A stretch of DNA of 64,000 nucleotides from Hormiphora californensis (taxonomy: Eukaryota; Animalia; Ctenophora), in NCBI GenBank assembly GCA_020137815.1, contig CM035351.1:5766001-5830000 (forward strand). Direction: 5' to 3'. Positions within the stretch are counted from its first letter, which is position 1, and every line of letters starts with the position of its first letter. The position numbers and the translations under genes were made by a program. Of the stretch, positions 58,713 to 64,000 are shown one piece after another. The notes beneath the pieces were generated by a model, which was not told the DNA's origin, searched no databases, and saw only the letters and a list, made by a program, of their open reading frames with translations.

Positions 58713-59145
58713 ATGGTGGAAAATGATGCACGTTTCCTGATTCGGTACAGTGAGAAATACAGCGATGAAGAATTCGAGTATCGCCATGTGACCCTCCCTG
58801 AATCCATCGGCAAAAAGGTACGAAATGATTCAAAATAAATCCAAACGGGGCGAGAGAACGGTTGAACTGTTTCAGGAGTATAGTAATAATTTTGGAGGAT
58901 TTTAATGAACATTCATCAACATTCCACATCACTTCCAACAGCCTCAATATCTTCTTGAGAAATAATCGCAATTTATATTGATTAGCTAAATACAGTGCCC
59001 CTATTTTCAGGTTCCCACAACTCACCTGCTCACTGAGACAGAATGGAGGAATCTGGGTGTTCAACAGAGTCCCGGATGGGTACACTTTATGATTCACTCT
59101 CCTGAGAAACATATTCTGCTGTTTAGACGGGCCATTACAAAATGA
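58713..59145 (+). CDS. CKS1: Cyclin-dependent kinases regulatory subunit (2 exons)
   Basis: [20 protein letters not shown]...|[40 protein letters not shown]. Confidence 0.96.
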
Positions 59146-59442
59146 ACAAGAGAGAGAGAGATGTGTTCTTGATCTGATCTGAGTTGTGTGGAGTATTATA
59201 GTGGAGGGTGGGACAAGATTCATACAGAATGGACCTGCATGTGTGCGAGATCAGTATTATTATTTGTATGACCCGCGTTTTTAATCAAAATATTACTTTT
59301 TCATGTGTGCAATTAACATTTAAGATTTCAACTTTCTGACCATACAATTTTAACAGACTTCAACGAAACCTCAACGAATCTTATGAGTGTCTTATCTTCA
59401 TTATTGTAACTCAAACATTACCCCCTCCCCCTCTTGAACAGT

Positions 59443-60719
59443 ATGAACAAATGGCCCATATTGTTGGGATTAGCGGCCCTGCTACGTGGATGCCTTATCA
59501 TATACGGAGAGTACCACGACTCAGTTAGTGTGGTGAAATATACAGATGTTGACTACAAGGTCTTCACAGATGCAGCACGGTATATGGTACAGGGAGAGAG
59601 CCCCTACACTCGTCTTACATACCGGTAGGTGTGGGGCTAGTCTTTCTATCCTCCTATCACGTGTGTAAGCCATGACTGCGTGGTTTCTTTTCGCACGTTA
59701 TCAAAGAGAGTTAGCCCCAACAGAGATCAACTCTCCCCTCTAGATCCACTTGTTAATATTCCTCCTCCCCTCTAGGTACACTCCTCTATTGGCATTCCTC
59801 CTGCAGCCCAACATCCTACTTCACCCAGCATTTGGTAAAGTCCTCTTCTCCCTATGTGATATCCTTATCGGCATCCTAATCCGGTCTATCCTACCTCCCT
59901 CCTCCTCCCTCCTTTACCCTTGTCTGTGGCTCTTCAACCCAATCTCAGTGGGGATATCGACCCGGGGCAACGCTGAGTCACTCCTGGGGTGTGTTATATT
60001 AGGTGCTCTGTTAGCTGTACTCCGCGGACGACCCCTCCTAGCAGGACTTCTCCTATCCCTGTCTGTGCATCTCAAGATATATCCCATTATCTACTCTCTA
60101 CCACTCTACCTTTATCTAGCATACAGGGCACCTGGTGCTACTGGCAGGTTCTTTTCCCCACATACCATCAAGTTTGTAGCAAGTTTCATCATCCTACAAG
60201 TGCTCCTGTTTACAGGGTAGTTACCAATTATACGGACAACAATTCCTTCATGAAACCTATCTGTATCATGTTACCAGATCGGATACTCGGCACAATTTCT
60301 CTCCCTACTTCTACCTTCTCTACCTCACCAAACAAGCAGCTCCAGATTCAGTCCTCCGTTTTGCGTGCTTCCTCCCCCAAGCCCTCCTCTGTGGACTATT
60401 CTCAATTAAACTGTACCACCGCCCGGGTCTTTGTATGACTCTGGAAACACTGGCATTTGTTATGTTCAACAAAGTCTCTACCTCCCAGTATTTCTTGTGG
60501 TATCTCTGGTTGGTCCCTGTCACCGGGGTGAGGGGGTGTGACCTTCTGACTGCTGTGGGTCTCACCGCAGCATGGCTGGGTGGTCAGGGGCTCTGGTTGG
60601 CTACTGGGTACCAGGTGGAGTTTCTAGGAGATAATGCATTTCTGAGCATGCACTTTGCTGGACTGGTGTTCTTGGTTGTTCAGTGTGCAATCGTGTGTAA
60701 ACTGATACGGTGTGCTTAG
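59443..60719 (+). CDS. PIGM: GPI mannosyltransferase 1 (2 exons; apparent frameshift about 60217)
   Basis: VKYTDVDYKVFTDAA, SPY.R.TYR|YTPLLAFLL.PN, ISTRGNAES, VHLKIYPIIY, YLYHVTR.DTRHNFSPYFY and FNKV.TSQYFLWY. Confidence 0.95.
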
Positions 60720-60870
60720 GCTTTATTTATTGTTGATATCATAGCTTTTGTTGTTATTTAAGTCTCTTTGTTTTGTTGGTGTAAGAATTTAATGAAGTGG
60801 TATGTTACAATGTTACAATGTTAGTAATGTAAGTTAGTTCTAGTTTTGTAGAAATGAATTCCATGGTAAA

Positions 60871-61527
60871 ATGAATATTGTGACTCGATTAGGATCTGCA
60901 GCAGTCCGACATCTAATTACAACTAACACAGTTATCAAGAGAAAGGCCCTTGTTCCAGAACTCAGACTCCATCTAATAGACCCCACCTGTCCCTGGTACC
61001 ACCAAACGACAGTACCCGAGTGCAACAGTGACCCATTCTGGACTGTATTCTGGCCAGGTGGTCAGGCCCTGACTCGGTTTGTACTAGATAACCCGACCCT
61101 AGTACGGAGTAAACATGTTCTAGATGTTGGGTGTGGGTGTGGTGCCACTGGAATTGCAGCCTCCCTATCCCACGCTCAACATGTCACCTGTAATGATATA
61201 GACACCCTTGCTGCCACTGCTACTGGGCTAAATGCCAAGATTAATGGGGCTTTTGTGGAGATTAGCACTGAGAATCTTCTAACATCCCCACACACCCTCT
61301 CCCCTGGTTCTGTGGTGTTTCTGGGGGACATGTTTTATGATCAGCCCACCGCTGAGATGATCCTGAAATGGTGTGAGAGGAATTCTGGATCTCAGTTCTA
61401 TGTGGGTGATCCGGGTAGGTGGGCGCTGGACTTGATATCAGACAGGATTGAGTGTGTAGAAGAGTATGGGATAGAAGATGAGGACTGTCCTGAGTTTGAT
61501 TCTGTTAAAGTTTATAAGTTTTTGTAG
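60871..61527 (+). CDS. ETFBKMT: ETF beta-subunit lysine methyltransferase (METTL20), single exon
   Basis: PELRLHLI, DPFWTVFWPGGQALTRFVLDNP, VLDVGCGCGA, NDID, LGDMFYD and VGDPGR. Confidence 0.92.
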   Translation: MNIVTRLGSAAVRHLITTNTVIKRKALVPELRLHLIDPTCPWYHQTTVPECNSDPFWTVFWPGGQALTRFVLDNPTLVRSKHVLDVGCGCGATGIAASLSHAQHVTCNDIDTLAATATGLNAKINGAFVEISTENLLTSPHTLSPGSVVFLGDMFYDQPTAEMILKWCERNSGSQFYVGDPGRWALDLISDRIECVEEYGIEDEDCPEFDSVKVYKFL

Positions 61528-61679
61528 CACAAATGGAAGTGAAGCAGTCGTGTAAGTTTTATAGATTTTGTTGATTGTTTGTTGGACAAATGGCAGTTTT
61601 TGTAGTGTTATTGATTTCGTTGTTTCTATTTCTAGACACACCTTCATTCTAATCACTCTCTCCATGGTGTTAGCTAGGT

Positions 61680-64000
61680 ATGGGCCGTACAAAGGATGAG
61701 AGGGGTGATCCTATAACGACAACAGGCCGGAAACCAGACCGTTTTACTATCGATGATACTGGGGAGCTCTATATGGTTGGCAGTGAGGTGGGATCACACT
61801 TCAAGATGACACGTGGAATACTTTACAGAAAGTACGTGTGTGTTCGTGATTCGGTTTAGTTAATAGTTGTGTTTGATTGTATTGTGTTCGGTTTAGTTTT
61901 CTGTACGTGTGTGCATGTTGTAGTTTTCTGTCCATTATTGGCCCGTCTCCAATTCCAACGTCTCTCTCAGGTTTCCTGGGTTGTGGAGAAAGCAGGCCTC
62001 GTCTGATGAGCGGAAGCGGATTGAAGATCAGGGTATTATCAGTAGCATGAGTACAAATAACATCACACTAGTCAAGGCCTCAGAGATCGATGATATTATT
62101 GATGGAATCGATGATAAGGTGAGATATGATTTGAGTTCTTATAACTGAGAGTTGTGAGATTTGAGTAAAACGTCCGATTACTAACCGTCCTCCCTCTCTC
62201 TCCTAGTACCGATATGACGGCTCCAAGACTATCACAGAATCACACACAAGAACACCACAGCCAACCAGAACGACTCGGGCTGCTGCAGAGGTAACGCAAC
62301 TACCCCAATTTGACTTGATGCCCCATCTTCTTGATTCAGATCACGATCCACCGAATTACACATTTCGCGGGGATTGATGTAACGCGCGGTCGCCCAACAC
62401 ACCTCTTCATGGATATCTCGCGCGCACGTAGACATCTCTCCTTTGTACGCAGGGCGCTGACAAGGACTTACACTCGGCTCGTAAGTCATGCAGGCGCTAC
62501 CAATCACCATACACGTGTTCGCCGTTCGGAGTTGACATATCCAGTTTGCTTAACCACTGTTAATTTCAGAAAGATGACTCATTTACACCTGCCCGGCGGA
62601 CTCGGCAAGCTGCCAAACCCCAAACAGGGTGGGTGCCACAGACGGTACCAGCTACCCAGTCACATCACTTGGACGCAGTGCCTACCGCCACCGCTGTCAG
62701 TAGGAATAGATTTGTAACTAAACGCGTCAGGAGCAGCCCTATCATGTAAGTAGGGGAGAATACAGGATACTTGCTTGAGACAAACATTCCATTTCTCCCT
62801 TCCCCTCTTAAACCCTAACCTTCCCCTCTTAAACCCTAACCTTCCCGCTCTGAAGCACAGCCCCTACCCTTCATTGACCCTTCAGAAACGATATGGACGA
62901 GATAGCGATGAAGGAAGCGGCTCAGAGAGAGGAATATCTCGTACCAATTCGTCTTGATATTGATCTTGAGGGACACCGCCTCAGAGATACACTAACATGG
63001 AACAAAAACGGTTTGTTTCTCTTTACTACAATGTTATTTTACTGCAATATATCTCACTCCCATTTTCAAAGAATCTCTCTCTTCAGAGAAAAATCTGACT
63101 CCTGAACAGTTTTCGGAGATCTTGGTGGATGATTTGGAGATTCCAGCAGCATTTGTACCCGTCATTTCAAATATAATTCGCACTCAGGTACAAATTATCC
63201 TTATTTATGATACATAGTAGGGTTAGTTTCTAGTAGAATCTGTATAATTTCTACAGACCATGCATGTTATTCGGAACAGCCTGTTCCGAATAACATGGAA
63301 GGTCCGAACAGGGTTGGAGGAGTGAAAGTGAGAACGCACCGTGCCTGAACTATGCGAACACTTCATTTTCAACATCTGATCTATCAATTTGTCTCAGGTA
63401 GAGGGATACGATGCAGATACAAAAGCTCTTGAAGAGAACTCTGACAACAGGGTCATAATCAAGGTAACATCTATAAAAGTCGACCTATTCCCAATTCCAT
63501 GACAACTATGCTCACCATTTGACATTTGTCCCCCTCACATTTGGTATTCCGTGCGACCTGCTCTAACATTCCTAACATCACCCTATCCCCCAGTTGAATA
63601 TCCATGTTGGTAACACGAGCCTGGTTGATCAGTTTGAATGGGACCTGAGTTGCCCTGACAACGACCCAGAAGAATTCTCTAGGATTCTCTGTCAGGAACT
63701 GGGACTCGGAGGAGAATTCCTGTCTGCTATCAGTTACAGGTGAGCCATTAATCCTCTGGCTCTTCCCAAACTTAAATATCATGTAAAAGCTAACCCAGTC
63801 TATTTCTCTCTTAAAAAGCTCTCTCTCTCTCCCCAACTAACCCCTTCCCATCCCTCAGTATCCGGGGTCAGTTGGGATGGCACAGCAAGACTATGACCTT
63901 CACAGAGGCCCCTCTAAAAAGGATAGAAGTGCCTCTTCGAACGGAACACCTGGACAAATGGTCACCGACAATTGAAAACCTAACCGATCAAGAAATGGAG
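61680..64000 (+). CDS. SMARCB1: SWI/SNF subunit SNF5/INI1 (3' end outside window)
   Basis: [79 protein letters not shown] and [20 protein letters not shown]. Confidence 0.97.
63263..63297. repeat. Perfect 17-bp-arm palindrome in a SMARCB1 intron
   Basis: CATGTTATTCGGAACAG-C-CTGTTCCGAATAACATG. Confidence 0.9.

Overview
This is a 64-kb gene-dense window from an intron-containing animal genome. A ctenophore is my tentative guess, based on a spliced-leader-like sequence and the compact gene layout; the organism is not established. Host genes: clathrin heavy chain (-), an AMT1-type ammonium transporter (-), Elongin B (+) with an antisense intronic tRNA-Glu(TTC), peptide:N-glycanase (+), an F-box/LRR gene (-), a degenerate HS6ST-like sulfotransferase (-), a small Cys-rich membrane protein (+), an 8-finger C2H2 gene (+), a pentapeptide-repeat type I membrane protein (-), and six tightly packed co-oriented genes (DNAJC12, short YEATS2, CKS1, PIGM, ETFBKMT, SMARCB1). 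The most notable signals point to spliced-leader (SL) trans-splicing. First, a 1.24-kb retroposed unit (14085-15322) with a perfect 12-bp target-site duplication starts with an SL-like 39-mer, encodes only an intact LINE ORF1-like protein and ends in an A-rich tail. Second, the six-gene run looks like an operon: gaps are 69-297 bp and each downstream ATG has a splice-acceptor-like AG just before it. The window also has many foldback MITEs (Academ-like, Tc1/mariner-like, MULE), with three elements nested inside inverted-repeat arms, and adjacent tandem arrays built from CArG-box and RFX X-box motifs. Caveat: single-base frameshifts in several conserved genes and two homopolymer-scrambled segments indicate an imperfectly polished assembly. 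All coordinates were read by eye and may be off by a few bases.
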